In this document: positions 1-10,103 of the stretch, piece after piece | How positions within the stretch are numbered: the stretch's first letter is position 1 | Layout: each line of letters starts with the position of its first letter | Assembly: GCA_951542345.1 (NCBI GenBank) | Contig: CATOCM010000004.1 | Coordinates: 3,111-67,110, forward strand | DNA length: 64,000 nt | From: an uncultured Planktomarina sp. | GTDB lineage: Bacteria > Pseudomonadota > Alphaproteobacteria > Rhodobacterales > Rhodobacteraceae | Direction: 5' to 3' | Notes under the pieces: generated by a model | Databases searched by the model: none | Seen by the model: the letters and a program-made list of their open reading frames with translations, nothing else | Told to the model about the DNA's origin: nothing | Made by a program: the position numbers and the translations under genes

Positions 1-1
1 C

Positions 2-1045
2 GGCGGCCTTGGGCGCACGCCGATGATTGGCAAAACACTACGTGAATTTTTGCCAGCGGCAGATTTACTACCTTATGTGGAGGCGATTGTAAGCGTCTAC
101 AACTTGCTAGGGCGGCGTGACAATAAATATAAAGCTCGGATTAAAATTACTGTTCATGAAAATGGTATTGAGGAGATTAGAGCCCGGGTAGAGGCACGCT
201 ATGCTAGGTTAAAAACCTTGTTCAAAGGTGCAGATCAGCAGCTTTTACAACAGATTGAGGCCCATTTCAAAGCGCCAGAATTTATATGTGAAAAAGCGCC
301 CGAATTTGATGCTTTTAAAGAAGAGAGCCCCGGATTTTGTTCTTGGGTCGACACAAACATCACTGCACACAAGGCTGAAGGCTATGCCATAGTCTCCATC
401 AGCTTGAAAAAGCATGGCGATACGCCCGGAGATGCGACAGCAGCGCAAATGCGGGTTATGTCAGAGCTGGCAAAGAAATTTAGCCATGATGAGCTACGCA
501 TTTCCCATGAGCAGAATGTGATCTTACCCCACGTTCACCGCTCTGATCTTCCCACTGTCTATCGCGCCCTGAGAACAGCAAATTTGGCCACAGCCAATAT
601 CGGGTTGATCTCTGATATAATCGCCTGCCCGGGTATGGATTATTGTGCATTAGCCACAGCCCGCTCCATTCCCATAGCACAGCAAATTGCGACCCGCTTT
701 GCTAAGCTGGAATTGGAACATGATGTAGGTCTACTGAAATTAAAAATATCTGGCTGTATCAATGCCTGCGGCCATCACCATGTAGGCCATATAGGCATAC
801 TGGGTCTGGAACGGGCTGGAGTTGAAAGCTACCAAATCACACTCGGTGGCGATGCGGGTGCTGAGGCGCAATTAGGCACACGGGCAGGACCAGGATTTGG
901 TGCCAAAGATATTGTACCCGCAATTGAGCGTTTGGTACTTGGCTACATTGAGCTACGCGCTGATGCAGATGAGACATTTTTGCAATCGTACCAGCGCTTG
1001 GGTGCTGCCCCCTTCAAAGCATTACTTTATCCGAAAGAAAAATAG
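2..1045 (+). CDS. cysI: Sulfite/nitrite reductase hemoprotein, C-terminal ~340 aa; the 5' end runs off the window
   Basis: The frame is open from nt 2 (GGLGRTP precedes the first Met). Siroheme-[4Fe-4S] cysteine motifs CPGMDYCALA and SGCINACGHHH are present. A DUF934 gene follows, as in alphaproteobacterial cysI loci. Confidence 0.85.
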   Translation, partial: GGLGRTPMIGKTLREFLPAADLLPYVEAIVSVYNLLGRRDNKYKARIKITVHENGIEEIRARVEARYARLKTLFKGADQQLLQQIEAHFKAPEFICEKAPEFDAFKEESPGFCSWVDTNITAHKAEGYAIVSISLKKHGDTPGDATAAQMRVMSELAKKFSHDELRISHEQNVILPHVHRSDLPTVYRALRTANLATANIGLISDIIACPGMDYCALATARSIPIAQQIATRFAKLELEHDVGLLKLKISGCINACGHHHVGHIGILGLERAGVESYQITLGGDAGAEAQLGTRAGPGFGAKDIVPAIERLVLGYIELRADADETFLQSYQRLGAAPFKALLYPKEK

Positions 1046-1142
1046 GTCAATTGATTGTCAGCATGCATGACACCGCTGGTAATTAGGCTAGCCGATCTGA
1101 ACAGAATACTAGATCCATTTCCACCCTAAAGACAGGAATACT

Positions 1143-1547
1143 ATGAGTATCATCATTACTGACAGCGGTTTTTTCTCCAACTACCAAGATGCAAAAGTCA
1201 GCCCAAATCATCCGGGACCTTCGGTAGATCTGAAATCAGACTTTGATCCAAAAGACATCACTCAGGAGTTATTACAAGCACGTTGCATTCGCATTGAACT
1301 GCCAAGTTTTGCTGACGGACGTGCCTTCACTCTTGCAATCTTGCTGCGCAGCCACGGTTATACCGGGCATCTTCGGGCCGTTGGTTATATTCTCGCAGAC
1401 CAATATACCATGGTCCGGAGATCAGGGTTTGACGATGTGGAAATAAGCGAAGAACTAGCTATACGACAGCCCAAAAAACAATGGCAAGACCGTGCAGATT
1501 GGAGAAGGCATGACTATCAAGGCCGTCTACGCGAGCAAACGTTATAA
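1143..1547 (+). CDS. DUF934-family protein (cysI-associated)
   Basis: 134 aa. The motif FADGRAFTLAILLRSHGYTGHLRAVGYILADQY is typical of DUF934, and the gene sits directly downstream of cysI. Confidence 0.8.
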   Translation: MSIIITDSGFFSNYQDAKVSPNHPGPSVDLKSDFDPKDITQELLQARCIRIELPSFADGRAFTLAILLRSHGYTGHLRAVGYILADQYTMVRRSGFDDVEISEELAIRQPKKQWQDRADWRRHDYQGRLREQTL

Positions 1548-1609
1548 AGGCTAAATCGCAAGCAATTGAACTTTTGGCAGCCGGGGCGTAAACCCTTTGA
1601 GGAAACAAC

Positions 1610-2443
1610 ATGACCGAGTACAGCACAGTGACCCTGGATACAGTAATACCCTTAATTTTGCCTGATGCCCAAACGGTGACAGAGGTTGAGCATTATACCG
1701 ATAGCCTATTTCGATTTCGCGTAACTCGGCCTGCATCCATGCGGTTTCGCTCAGGTGAATTTGTAATGATTGGCCTTTTGGGCGATCCACATCCCGAAAC
1801 CGGTAAGCAAAAACCTTTGCTACGCGCTTATTCCATTGCCTCACCAGCTTGGGATGAAACCTTACAATTCTATTCTATTAAAGTTGACAATGGCCCGCTC
1901 ACGAGCAAATTACAGCACATCAAGGTAGGCGATCAGGTGATCTTGAAACAGAAATCCGTAGGTACATTGGTTCATGACGCTTTGACACGCGCCAGCCGTA
2001 TGTGGTTTTTCTCAACTGGCACGGGCATCGCACCATTTGCCTCCCTGTTGCGTGAGCCAGAAACTTATGAGCGTTTTAATCAGGTGGTTTTGACCCATAC
2101 CTGCCGAACTCTGGCAGATCTCAAATTTGGCGAAGAGCTGATAGCAGAGACCAAAAATGATATTTTAGTGGGCGAAGAAGCACAGTATAAATTACTTTAC
2201 TACCCGACCACTACCCGCGAAACTTCGGCTAAAATGGGCCGTATCACCACAGCGCTAGAAGATGGCAGTCTATTTGAAAACCTAAATATCACCGACTTTA
2301 ACGCCACCAACGACCGCGCAATGGTTTGTGGATCTATGGGGTTGAACACTGACATGAAACGTATTCTCGAAAATTATGGGCTACGCGAAGGTGCTAATTC
2401 TGATCCAGGTGACTATGTGATTGAGAAGGCCTTTGTGGATTGA
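1610..2443 (+). CDS. fpr: Ferredoxin--NADP(+) reductase, bacterial Fpr type
   Basis: 277 aa, with the RAYSIAS (RxYS FAD-binding) and STGTGIAPF (NADP-binding) motifs. Confidence 0.88.
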   Translation: MTEYSTVTLDTVIPLILPDAQTVTEVEHYTDSLFRFRVTRPASMRFRSGEFVMIGLLGDPHPETGKQKPLLRAYSIASPAWDETLQFYSIKVDNGPLTSKLQHIKVGDQVILKQKSVGTLVHDALTRASRMWFFSTGTGIAPFASLLREPETYERFNQVVLTHTCRTLADLKFGEELIAETKNDILVGEEAQYKLLYYPTTTRETSAKMGRITTALEDGSLFENLNITDFNATNDRAMVCGSMGLNTDMKRILENYGLREGANSDPGDYVIEKAFVD

Positions 2444-2656
2444 CCTAGCCTAGCTTAGGCTAAAGTATCTGTTTTTCTTTAATTTAACCAATCTCATTAG
2501 TCAAAACTACAAAATATTAAAGCAGTGGTTAAAGTTTTTTGCAAAACAAGTAGGAAAAACGGCCTTCATTGCGCCACAAGTGAATATTCACCTTGAAAAT
2601 GTGTGAGCGCGGGGCTAGGTAATCACTGTAAATTTATCTACAAAAGGACGATAGCT

Positions 2657-3202
2657 ATAGCCCGCAGACCTCACAACGCGCCTCCGCAGCGCGAAACCGG
2701 ACCCCGCATCAACGAACGCATTCGTGGATCTGATCTTCGTTTAATCGACGAAGATGGTGAAAACATCGGAGTGGTGACACCAGAACGCGCGATGATAATG
2801 GCAGAGGATGCCGGTTTAGATTTGGTGGAAATCTCCCCTAATGCTAATCCACCCGTATGCAAAATCATGGACTTTGGGAAATTCAAATATGAAACCCAGA
2901 AGAAGGAAGCGGAAGCCCGTAAAAAACAAAAGATCATTGAGATCAAAGAGGTTAAATTCCGCCCGAACACAGATAAGCATGACTATGAAGTCAAAATGCG
3001 GAACGTGTTCAAGTTTTTAGAAAATGGCGACAAAGCAAAAATAACTTTGCGATTTAAGGGGCGCGAAATGGCGCACCAGGAATTGGGCCGTCATCTTTTA
3101 TTGCGTGTTGCAGAAGATACCAAGGAAATTGGGAAAGTTGAGAACATGCCTAAAATGGAAGGCCGTCAAATGATTATGTTGATTGGCCCAATGCCTAAAT
3201 AA
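2657..3202 (+). CDS. infC: Translation initiation factor IF-3, probable ATA (non-AUG) start
   Basis: [40 protein letters not shown] ... [13 protein letters not shown] ... [10 protein letters not shown] is canonical IF-3. The conserved N-terminus begins at the ATA codon at 2657, 9 nt after AAGGA (2643-2647). That start gives 181 aa, whereas the ORF-track GTG at 2603 adds 18 non-conserved residues. Confidence 0.9.
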   Translation: MARRPHNAPPQRETGPRINERIRGSDLRLIDEDGENIGVVTPERAMIMAEDAGLDLVEISPNANPPVCKIMDFGKFKYETQKKEAEARKKQKIIEIKEVKFRPNTDKHDYEVKMRNVFKFLENGDKAKITLRFKGREMAHQELGRHLLLRVAEDTKEIGKVENMPKMEGRQMIMLIGPMPK

Positions 3203-3224
3203 AAAAAATTAAAAGATTTTTGAA

Positions 3225-3253
3225 AGCCCAGAGAGAAATCTCCGGGCTTTTTT
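3225..3253 (+). terminator. Rho-independent terminator after infC
   Basis: AGCCCAGAGA-GAAA-TCTCCGGGCT forms a 10-bp stem with one mismatch, followed by TTTTTTATTT. Confidence 0.75.
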
Positions 3254-3354
3254 ATTTATTGTTCCTATTTGTCACAGGAATTCCTTTTATCAGGGGTTGT
3301 GCTTTAGGCCGAGTTAGATCAAATTTTTTAAAAATATAGATAGGACTAATCACA

Positions 3355-4554
3355 ATGGCAGAACTCAAACCACAGCTTGCAGATTTCAATTGGCAGGACC
3401 CGTTTCTACTGGAAAATCAATTGAGCGAAGATGATCGCATGTTGAGAGACGCAGCTGCGCAATTTGCTCAAAACGAGCTCCAGCCTTTGGTAATCGATGC
3501 CTATCGTGAGGCCACCGTTAGTCCTGAACTGTTCCCCAAAATGGGTGAAGCCGGGCTCTTGGGTGCAACTATCCCAGAAGAATACGGTGGATTTGGCGCC
3601 AGCTATACTGCGTACGGCTTAATTGCTCGAGAGATTGAGCGTGTTGACAGCGGCTATCGTTCGATGATGTCAGTGCAATCATCTTTGGTGATCTACCCAA
3701 TCCACGCGTATGGCAGCGAAGAACAACGTAAGAAATTCTTACCAGGCCTATGCTCTGGCGCTTTGATTGGCTGTTTTGGCCTGACAGAACCTGATGCGGG
3801 ATCTGATCCTGCAGGCATGAAAACCCGCGCTGTGAAAACTGCTACCGGATACAAGATCACTGGATCTAAAATGTGGATTTCAAACGCTCCAATCGCGGAT
3901 GTGTTTATTGTTTGGGCAAAATCGGAAGATCATGGTGGCAAAATTCGTGGGTTCATACTCGAAAAGGGTATGAAAGGCCTGACCGCTCCAAAAATTGGTG
4001 GAAAACTGTCGCTTCGGGCTTCGGTTACCGGCGAGATTGTCATGGATGATGTTGAGGTGGGTGACGACTCGTTGCTGCCAAACGTACAGGGGCTTAAGGG
4101 CCCATTTGGCTGCCTCAATAGAGCTCGCTATGGTATTTCTTGGGGCGTTTTAGGCGCTGCTGAATTTTGCTGGCACTCTGCTTTGCAGTACGGCCAAGAC
4201 CGCAAGCAATTTGGCAAACCTTTAGCGCAGACACAATTATTTCAGAAAAAGCTGGCAGACATGCAAACCGAAATATCTCTTGGATTGCAAGCTGCATTCC
4301 AAATGGGGCAAATGATGGACAACGGCACCGCCAGCCCTGAGCTGATTAGCATGATGAAGCGTAACAATTGTGGCAAAGCGCTGGATATAGCCCGAGTCAG
4401 CCGTGACATGCATGGCGGGAATGGCATCTCAGAGGGATTTCAGATCATGCGACATGCTGCCAACCTGGAAACAGTAAACACCTATGAAGGCACCCACGAT
4501 GTACATGCCTTAATTTTAGGGCGCGCGCAAACTGGGCTACAGGCATTTTTCTAA
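3355..4554 (+). CDS. gcdH: Glutaryl-CoA dehydrogenase (acyl-CoA dehydrogenase family)
   Basis: 399 aa. The N-terminus [24 protein letters not shown] and the C-terminus [22 protein letters not shown] are typical of GcdH. Confidence 0.85.
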   Translation: MAELKPQLADFNWQDPFLLENQLSEDDRMLRDAAAQFAQNELQPLVIDAYREATVSPELFPKMGEAGLLGATIPEEYGGFGASYTAYGLIAREIERVDSGYRSMMSVQSSLVIYPIHAYGSEEQRKKFLPGLCSGALIGCFGLTEPDAGSDPAGMKTRAVKTATGYKITGSKMWISNAPIADVFIVWAKSEDHGGKIRGFILEKGMKGLTAPKIGGKLSLRASVTGEIVMDDVEVGDDSLLPNVQGLKGPFGCLNRARYGISWGVLGAAEFCWHSALQYGQDRKQFGKPLAQTQLFQKKLADMQTEISLGLQAAFQMGQMMDNGTASPELISMMKRNNCGKALDIARVSRDMHGGNGISEGFQIMRHAANLETVNTYEGTHDVHALILGRAQTGLQAFF

Positions 4555-4615
4555 AAGGCTATATTAATGCTAACTACGCTAGAATATTCTCAATTTTACT
4601 CTTATATGATTGTTT

Positions 4616-4646
4616 TGTGATCACATAAAATTTTAATGTGATCACA
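4616..4646. promoter_or_regulatory. Two copies of the perfect palindrome TGTGATCACA, centres 21 bp apart; candidate operator upstream of sucC
   Basis: TGTGATCACA lies at 4616-4625 and 4637-4646, inside the near-palindrome TTGTGATCACATAAAATTTTAATGTGATCACAA, 95-125 nt upstream of the sucC ATG. The same 10-mer occurs at 13793-13802, next to the GntR gene start. Confidence 0.55.
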
Positions 4647-4740
4647 AATGTACGATAAATAGATTATCAGAACAAATTCACTATATTAGAAGAGTTAATA
4701 TGCATTAGATGCCGCAAAGAAAAAATGCGGGATTAACTCT

Positions 4741-5940
4741 ATGAACATTCACGAATATCAAGCAAAAACACTACTTCACAGATATGGTGTACCCGTCAGC
4801 GAAGGTAGAATTGTGCTTAGTGCAGATGAGGCCAAAAGGGCCGCGAGCGAGGTGGAGGGACCTCTTTGGGTTATAAAAGCACAGATTCACGCAGGTGGTC
4901 GCGGTAAGGGTAGCTTTATAGAGGCTGACGCTGGTTCAGGTGGCGGTGTTCGTTTGGCACGTTCGGTAGAAGAAGCTGAAAAAGAAGCCAAGGCCATGTT
5001 GGGAAGGACCTTGGTCACAAAGCAGACCGGTCCAGTTGGCAAAATGGTGAATCGTATCTATATCGAAGATGGATCCGGCATCGAAAAAGAGTTCTATTTG
5101 GCTATCCTTGTCGATCGTCAATCCAGCCGTATTTCTTTTGTAGCCTCCACTGAAGGCGGTATGGATATCGAAGAAGTAGCTGAATCTACTCCAGAAAAAA
5201 TTCTGTCGTTTTCTGTAGATCCCGCAACTGGCTATCAAGGCTATCATGGCCGACGCATTGCATTTAATCTGGGTCTGGATAGTAAACAAACCAAACAATG
5301 TGTAGCCCTGATGGCTAATCTATATCGCCTATTTGTCGACAAAGACATGGAAATGCTAGAAATCAATCCACTAATTATTTCTGATAGTGGCGATTTGAAG
5401 TGTCTGGATGCTAAAATGAGCTTTGACGGCAACGCAATGTATCGACACCGCGACATAGCCGAGTTGCGCGATACTACCGAAGAAGATCCAAAAGAGCTCG
5501 AGGCTAGCAAATATGACTTAAACTATATTGCTTTGGACGGCCAAATTGGCTGTATGGTCAATGGCGCAGGTCTAGCGATGGCAACAATGGATATCATCAA
5601 ACTTTTTGGCTCAGAGCCTGCCAACTTTTTAGACGTAGGTGGCGGTGCCACTAAAGAAAAGGTCACTGAAGCATTTAAAATTATCACTTCTGACCCACAA
5701 GTCAAAGGCATCTTAGTTAATATTTTCGGCGGCATCATGCGATGTGATGTGATTGCCGAGGGTGTGGTATCTGCGGTCAAAGAAGTGGGCCTTCAAGTTC
5801 CCTTGGTTGTACGTTTAGAAGGCACAAATGTTGAGGAAGGAAAAGCCATAATCACTGACAGTGGATTAAATGTAATTGCAGCCAACAACCTAAAAGATGG
5901 TGCCGAAAAAATTGTCGCAGCCGTGAAGGCTTTGCAATAA
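4741..5940 (+). CDS. sucC: Succinate--CoA ligase (ADP-forming) beta subunit
   Basis: [13 protein letters not shown]-terminus; 399 aa; followed by sucD. Confidence 0.95.
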   Translation: MNIHEYQAKTLLHRYGVPVSEGRIVLSADEAKRAASEVEGPLWVIKAQIHAGGRGKGSFIEADAGSGGGVRLARSVEEAEKEAKAMLGRTLVTKQTGPVGKMVNRIYIEDGSGIEKEFYLAILVDRQSSRISFVASTEGGMDIEEVAESTPEKILSFSVDPATGYQGYHGRRIAFNLGLDSKQTKQCVALMANLYRLFVDKDMEMLEINPLIISDSGDLKCLDAKMSFDGNAMYRHRDIAELRDTTEEDPKELEASKYDLNYIALDGQIGCMVNGAGLAMATMDIIKLFGSEPANFLDVGGGATKEKVTEAFKIITSDPQVKGILVNIFGGIMRCDVIAEGVVSAVKEVGLQVPLVVRLEGTNVEEGKAIITDSGLNVIAANNLKDGAEKIVAAVKALQ

Positions 5941-6031
5941 TTAAACGCTGAATTCTAAATTTTGGTGACTGGTTCCAAAAATTACTAATTTTTGTGTAAT
6001 CGTTACCAAACACACTGACTAGGAGCGCCTC

Positions 6032-6913
6032 ATGGCCGTACTTATTGACGAAAACACCAAAGTAATCTGCCAAGGTTTTACTGGCAGCCAAGGCACATTC
6101 CACTCGGAACAGGCAATTGCATATGGCACCAAAATGGTTGGTGGCGTGACGCCAGGCAAAGGTGGAAAATCTCACTTGAATTTGCCCGTATTCAACTCAG
6201 TTCATGAAGCTAAAGCCATCACAGAAGCAAATGCCACGGTAATCTATGTACCCCCTCCTTTTGCCGCCGATTCAATTCTCGAGGCTATCGACGCGGAAAT
6301 GGAGGTAATAGTTTGTATAACCGAAGGCATCCCAGTTTTGGACATGATGAAAGTTAAGCGTGCGCTAGAAGGCTCGTCCAGCCGCTTGATTGGTCCCAAC
6401 TGCCCAGGCGTAATAACACCAAACGCCTGTAAAATTGGTATTATGCCGGGCCATATCCATTGTCGTGGTTCTGTGGGCGTGGTTTCACGCTCTGGCACCC
6501 TCACCTATGAAGCCGTCAAGCAAACGACCGATGTAGGCCTTGGTCAATCCACCTGTGTGGGCATCGGCGGCGATCCAATCAAAGGAACAGAGCACATTGA
6601 CGTACTGGAATGGTTCTTGGCGGATGACGAAACTCACAGCATGATCATGATTGGTGAGATTGGCGGCTCAGCCGAAGAAGAAGCGGCCCAATTCTTAGCC
6701 GATGAGAAGAAAAAAGGGCGTTGGAAACCAACAGCAGGCTTCATCGCAGGCCGCACAGCCCCTCCAGGCCGCCGCATGGGCCACGCGGGCGCAATCGTTG
6801 CGGGTGGCAAGGGCGGCGCAGAAGAAAAAATAGAAGCTATGAAAATAGCTGGCATTATTGTGGCAGAGAGCCCAGCCGGTTTGGGCGAAGCAGTATTGGA
6901 AGCTATTGGTTGA
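6032..6913 (+). CDS. sucD: Succinate--CoA ligase alpha subunit
   Basis: [35 protein letters not shown] and the phosphohistidine region GHAGAIV; 293 aa. Confidence 0.95.
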   Translation: MAVLIDENTKVICQGFTGSQGTFHSEQAIAYGTKMVGGVTPGKGGKSHLNLPVFNSVHEAKAITEANATVIYVPPPFAADSILEAIDAEMEVIVCITEGIPVLDMMKVKRALEGSSSRLIGPNCPGVITPNACKIGIMPGHIHCRGSVGVVSRSGTLTYEAVKQTTDVGLGQSTCVGIGGDPIKGTEHIDVLEWFLADDETHSMIMIGEIGGSAEEEAAQFLADEKKKGRWKPTAGFIAGRTAPPGRRMGHAGAIVAGGKGGAEEKIEAMKIAGIIVAESPAGLGEAVLEAIG

Positions 6914-7141
6914 TATGATGAGGGCGATGATGGCTTTTAAAAACGATGAGATGGGGGGTGTGACGGTCACACCGCCTGCCACTTACTCTAACCGTGAGGC
7001 GCATTTAACTTCTCCCGCAGTATTAGAAACTAATGACACCGTAATGCCTTCAACTAGCAGAGGCACTTCGGCCGTTAACCCACAGAAAAAGTTTACTCAA
7101 AACCCCTACACCCATTCGTCTTTTCACCAAGGTGCCAATCG

Positions 7142-10099
7142 ATGACCAACCATCCAGCAAACGATCAATTACATGCCTCCAGTTTTATGCAGGGCCATAA
7201 CGCAGACTATCTTGAGCAAATGTATGCTCGCTACGCCAAAGACCCAGTTTCAGTAGACGCCCAATGGGCAACATTTTTTGCTGAGATGGGTGACTCAGAT
7301 AATGATGTAGTGGCTCAAGCCGCTGGCCCCTCATGGGCGCGCAGCGATTGGCCACCCACTCCATTGGATGATCTGACATCGGCGTTCACCGGAGAATATC
7401 CAACCGCTGCTGAGGCGCACGATTCGGGCCAAAAGATTGCAGCCAAAGCTTCTGAAATTGGGGCACCCGTGACTGAAGAACAAATTAAGCGGGCGGTGCT
7501 TGATGGCCTACGGGCACTTATGTTGATCCGGGCCTACCGGATCCGAGGACATTTAGCTGCTGATCTAGACCCTTTAGGAATGCGCCAAGAAGATGATAGG
7601 CCCGAATTAGATCCCTCACGCTATGGGTTTACGGCGTCAGATATGGACCGCCCTATTTTTCTTGATAATGTATTGGGACTACAATTTGCTTCCATGCGTG
7701 AAATCCAAGAAATCGTGCGTCGGACCTATTGCGGCACCTTTGCCCTGCAATACATGCACATATCCGATCCCGAGCAATCCGCTTGGCTAAAAGAGCGTAT
7801 TGAAGGCTACGGTAAAGAGATTATCTTCACCCGAAAGGGCCGCAAAGCTATTCTTAACAAATTGGTTGAGGCAGAGGGTTTTGAAAAGTTCCTACATGTA
7901 AAATACATGGGAACCAAACGCTTTGGCCTAGACGGCGGCGAAAGCCTGATACCTGCTATGGAGCAAATCATAAAGCGTGGTGGCGCTTTGGGTGTTAAAG
8001 ACATAATCATTGGAATGCCGCACCGGGGCCGCTTGTCTGTTCTGGCTAATGTAATGGCCAAACCATACCGTGCGATTTTCAACGAATTCCAAGGTGGATC
8101 GTCCAAGCCTGAAGATGTTGATGGCTCTGGCGACGTAAAATACCACCTAGGCGCGTCATCTGATCGTGAATTTAATGGTAACTCTGTGCACCTATCGCTC
8201 ACTGCCAATCCAAGCCACCTTGAGGCTGTGAATCCTGTGGTTTTGGGGAAAGCTCGCGCTAAACAAGATCAAAAAAATGACGCGGAGCGGACAACTGTTA
8301 TGCCGATCCTCCTGCATGGTGACGCAGCGTTTGCCGGTCAGGGAGTTGTGGCCGAGGGCTTTGGCCTGTCGGGCCTCAAAGGTCATAAAACCGGGGGCAC
8401 CATGCATATTGTGGTGAACAATCAAATTGGCTTCACTACAGCCCCACATTTCAGCCGCTCGTCTCCCTACCCCACCGACATAGCCCTTATGGTCGAGGCG
8501 CCAATCTTTCACGTTAATGGCGACGATCCCGAAGCTGTGGTCCACGCAGCCCGCGTAGCCACTGAGTATCGCCAAAAATTTAAAAAAGACGTTGTCCTCG
8601 ATATTATCTGCTACCGCCGTTTTGGTCATAACGAAGGCGATGAGCCGATGTTCACTAATCCGGTAATGTACAATAAGATCAAGACACAGAAAACTACCCT
8701 AACGCTTTATACCGAACGTTTAGTGCGAGATGGGCTGATCCCTGAGGGCGAAATTGAAGATATGAAGGCAACCTTTCAGTCTTATCTCAATACTGAATTT
8801 GAGGCAGGGAAAAACTACAAGCCGAACAAAGCCGATTGGTTAGATGGCCGCTGGTCTAAAATCAATCGCCACGGTAAGGAATATCAGCGCGGCGCCACGG
8901 CGATGACTGAGGAAACATACGACAACGTCGCTACAGCACTGTGTCGGATCCCAGAAGGTTTCCCTGTTCACAAAACTGTTCAACGTATATTGGATGCAAA
9001 ATCAAAATCACTGACCATTGGTAAGAATATTGACTGGGCTACAGGCGAAGCTTTGGCCTTTGGTTCCTTGTTAACTGAAGATCACTCAGTCCGTCTATCA
9101 GGACAAGACAGCAGCCGTGGCACCTTCAGCCACCGCCATTCAGCATTAGTGCATCAAAATACCGAAGAACGCTACTATCCACTCAACAACATTCGCGAGG
9201 GCCAAGGCCAATATGAGGTCATCGACTCGATGCTCTCTGAATATGCTGTTTTAGGCTTTGAATATGGCTACAGCCTTGCTGAGCCAAATGCTTTGGTAAT
9301 GTGGGAAGCGCAATTTGGTGATTTTGCTAATGGAGCGCAGATTATGTTTGACCAGTTTATTTCTAGCGGCGAAAGTAAATGGCTACGGATGTCTGGCCTT
9401 ACTATGTTGCTTCCGCATGGCTTTGAGGGGCAAGGTCCCGAACACAGCTCTGCACGCCTAGAGCGGTTTTTGCAGATGTGTGGCCAAGACAACTGGATCG
9501 TGGCCAATTGTACTACCCCAGCCAATTACTTCCACATCCTGCGGAGGCAAATTCACCGCACCTTCCGCAAACCTTTGGTTTTAATGACACCAAAATCGCT
9601 ACTACGGCATAAAATGGCAGTATCAAAACGCGAAGAGTTCACCACCGGCTCCAGCTTTCACCGTGTGCTCTGGGATGATGCGCAATATGGTAACTCTGCA
9701 ACCAAGTTGGTGTCTGATAAAAAAATCAAACGCGTAGTGATCTGCTCAGGTAAGGTTTACTTTGATCTTCTAGAAGAGCGCGATGCTCGTAGGATCAATG
9801 ACGTATATCTTCTCCGTATTGAGCAATTTTATCCATTTCCAGCAATTTCAATGGTCAGTGAATTGGAACGCTTTAAACAAGCTGAAATTTTCTGGTGTCA
9901 AGAAGAGCCCAAGAACCAAGGCGCTTGGAGCTTTATTGAGCCCAATATCGAATGGGTCCTGACCCGTATTAACGCCAAACACGCCCGCCCTAGATACGCT
10001 GGCCGCGCCACATCTGCTTCACCCGCGACGGGCCTTGCCTCAATACATAAATCACAACAAGCCGCGCTCATCGATGAAGCGCTTTCGTTGAAAGGATAA
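7142..10099 (+). CDS. sucA: 2-oxoglutarate dehydrogenase E1 component
   Basis: 985 aa. The N-terminus [22 protein letters not shown] and the ThDP-binding region are typical of SucA, and the gene lies in a suc operon context. Confidence 0.95.
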   Translation: MTNHPANDQLHASSFMQGHNADYLEQMYARYAKDPVSVDAQWATFFAEMGDSDNDVVAQAAGPSWARSDWPPTPLDDLTSAFTGEYPTAAEAHDSGQKIAAKASEIGAPVTEEQIKRAVLDGLRALMLIRAYRIRGHLAADLDPLGMRQEDDRPELDPSRYGFTASDMDRPIFLDNVLGLQFASMREIQEIVRRTYCGTFALQYMHISDPEQSAWLKERIEGYGKEIIFTRKGRKAILNKLVEAEGFEKFLHVKYMGTKRFGLDGGESLIPAMEQIIKRGGALGVKDIIIGMPHRGRLSVLANVMAKPYRAIFNEFQGGSSKPEDVDGSGDVKYHLGASSDREFNGNSVHLSLTANPSHLEAVNPVVLGKARAKQDQKNDAERTTVMPILLHGDAAFAGQGVVAEGFGLSGLKGHKTGGTMHIVVNNQIGFTTAPHFSRSSPYPTDIALMVEAPIFHVNGDDPEAVVHAARVATEYRQKFKKDVVLDIICYRRFGHNEGDEPMFTNPVMYNKIKTQKTTLTLYTERLVRDGLIPEGEIEDMKATFQSYLNTEFEAGKNYKPNKADWLDGRWSKINRHGKEYQRGATAMTEETYDNVATALCRIPEGFPVHKTVQRILDAKSKSLTIGKNIDWATGEALAFGSLLTEDHSVRLSGQDSSRGTFSHRHSALVHQNTEERYYPLNNIREGQGQYEVIDSMLSEYAVLGFEYGYSLAEPNALVMWEAQFGDFANGAQIMFDQFISSGESKWLRMSGLTMLLPHGFEGQGPEHSSARLERFLQMCGQDNWIVANCTTPANYFHILRRQIHRTFRKPLVLMTPKSLLRHKMAVSKREEFTTGSSFHRVLWDDAQYGNSATKLVSDKKIKRVVICSGKVYFDLLEERDARRINDVYLLRIEQFYPFPAISMVSELERFKQAEIFWCQEEPKNQGAWSFIEPNIEWVLTRINAKHARPRYAGRATSASPATGLASIHKSQQAALIDEALSLKG

Positions 10100-10103
10100 A
10101 ACC

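Noticed and set aside
2580-2591. Perfect 12-bp palindrome GTGAATATTCAC in the infC leader
   Set aside because: It occurs once, I found no partner site elsewhere in the window, and it does not match a box I know (it is not Fur-like). It may simply be promoter-region sequence.
4616-4646. CRP/FNR-type site, because of the TGTGA / TCACA half-sites
   Set aside because: CRP sites have a 6-nt spacer (TGTGA-N6-TCACA) and FNR sites read TTGAT-N4-ATCAA. Here the half-sites abut with zero spacer, so a GntR/FadR-type operator is the better fit. The TGTGA-CGG-TCACA at 6959-6971 has a 3-nt spacer and also fits neither.
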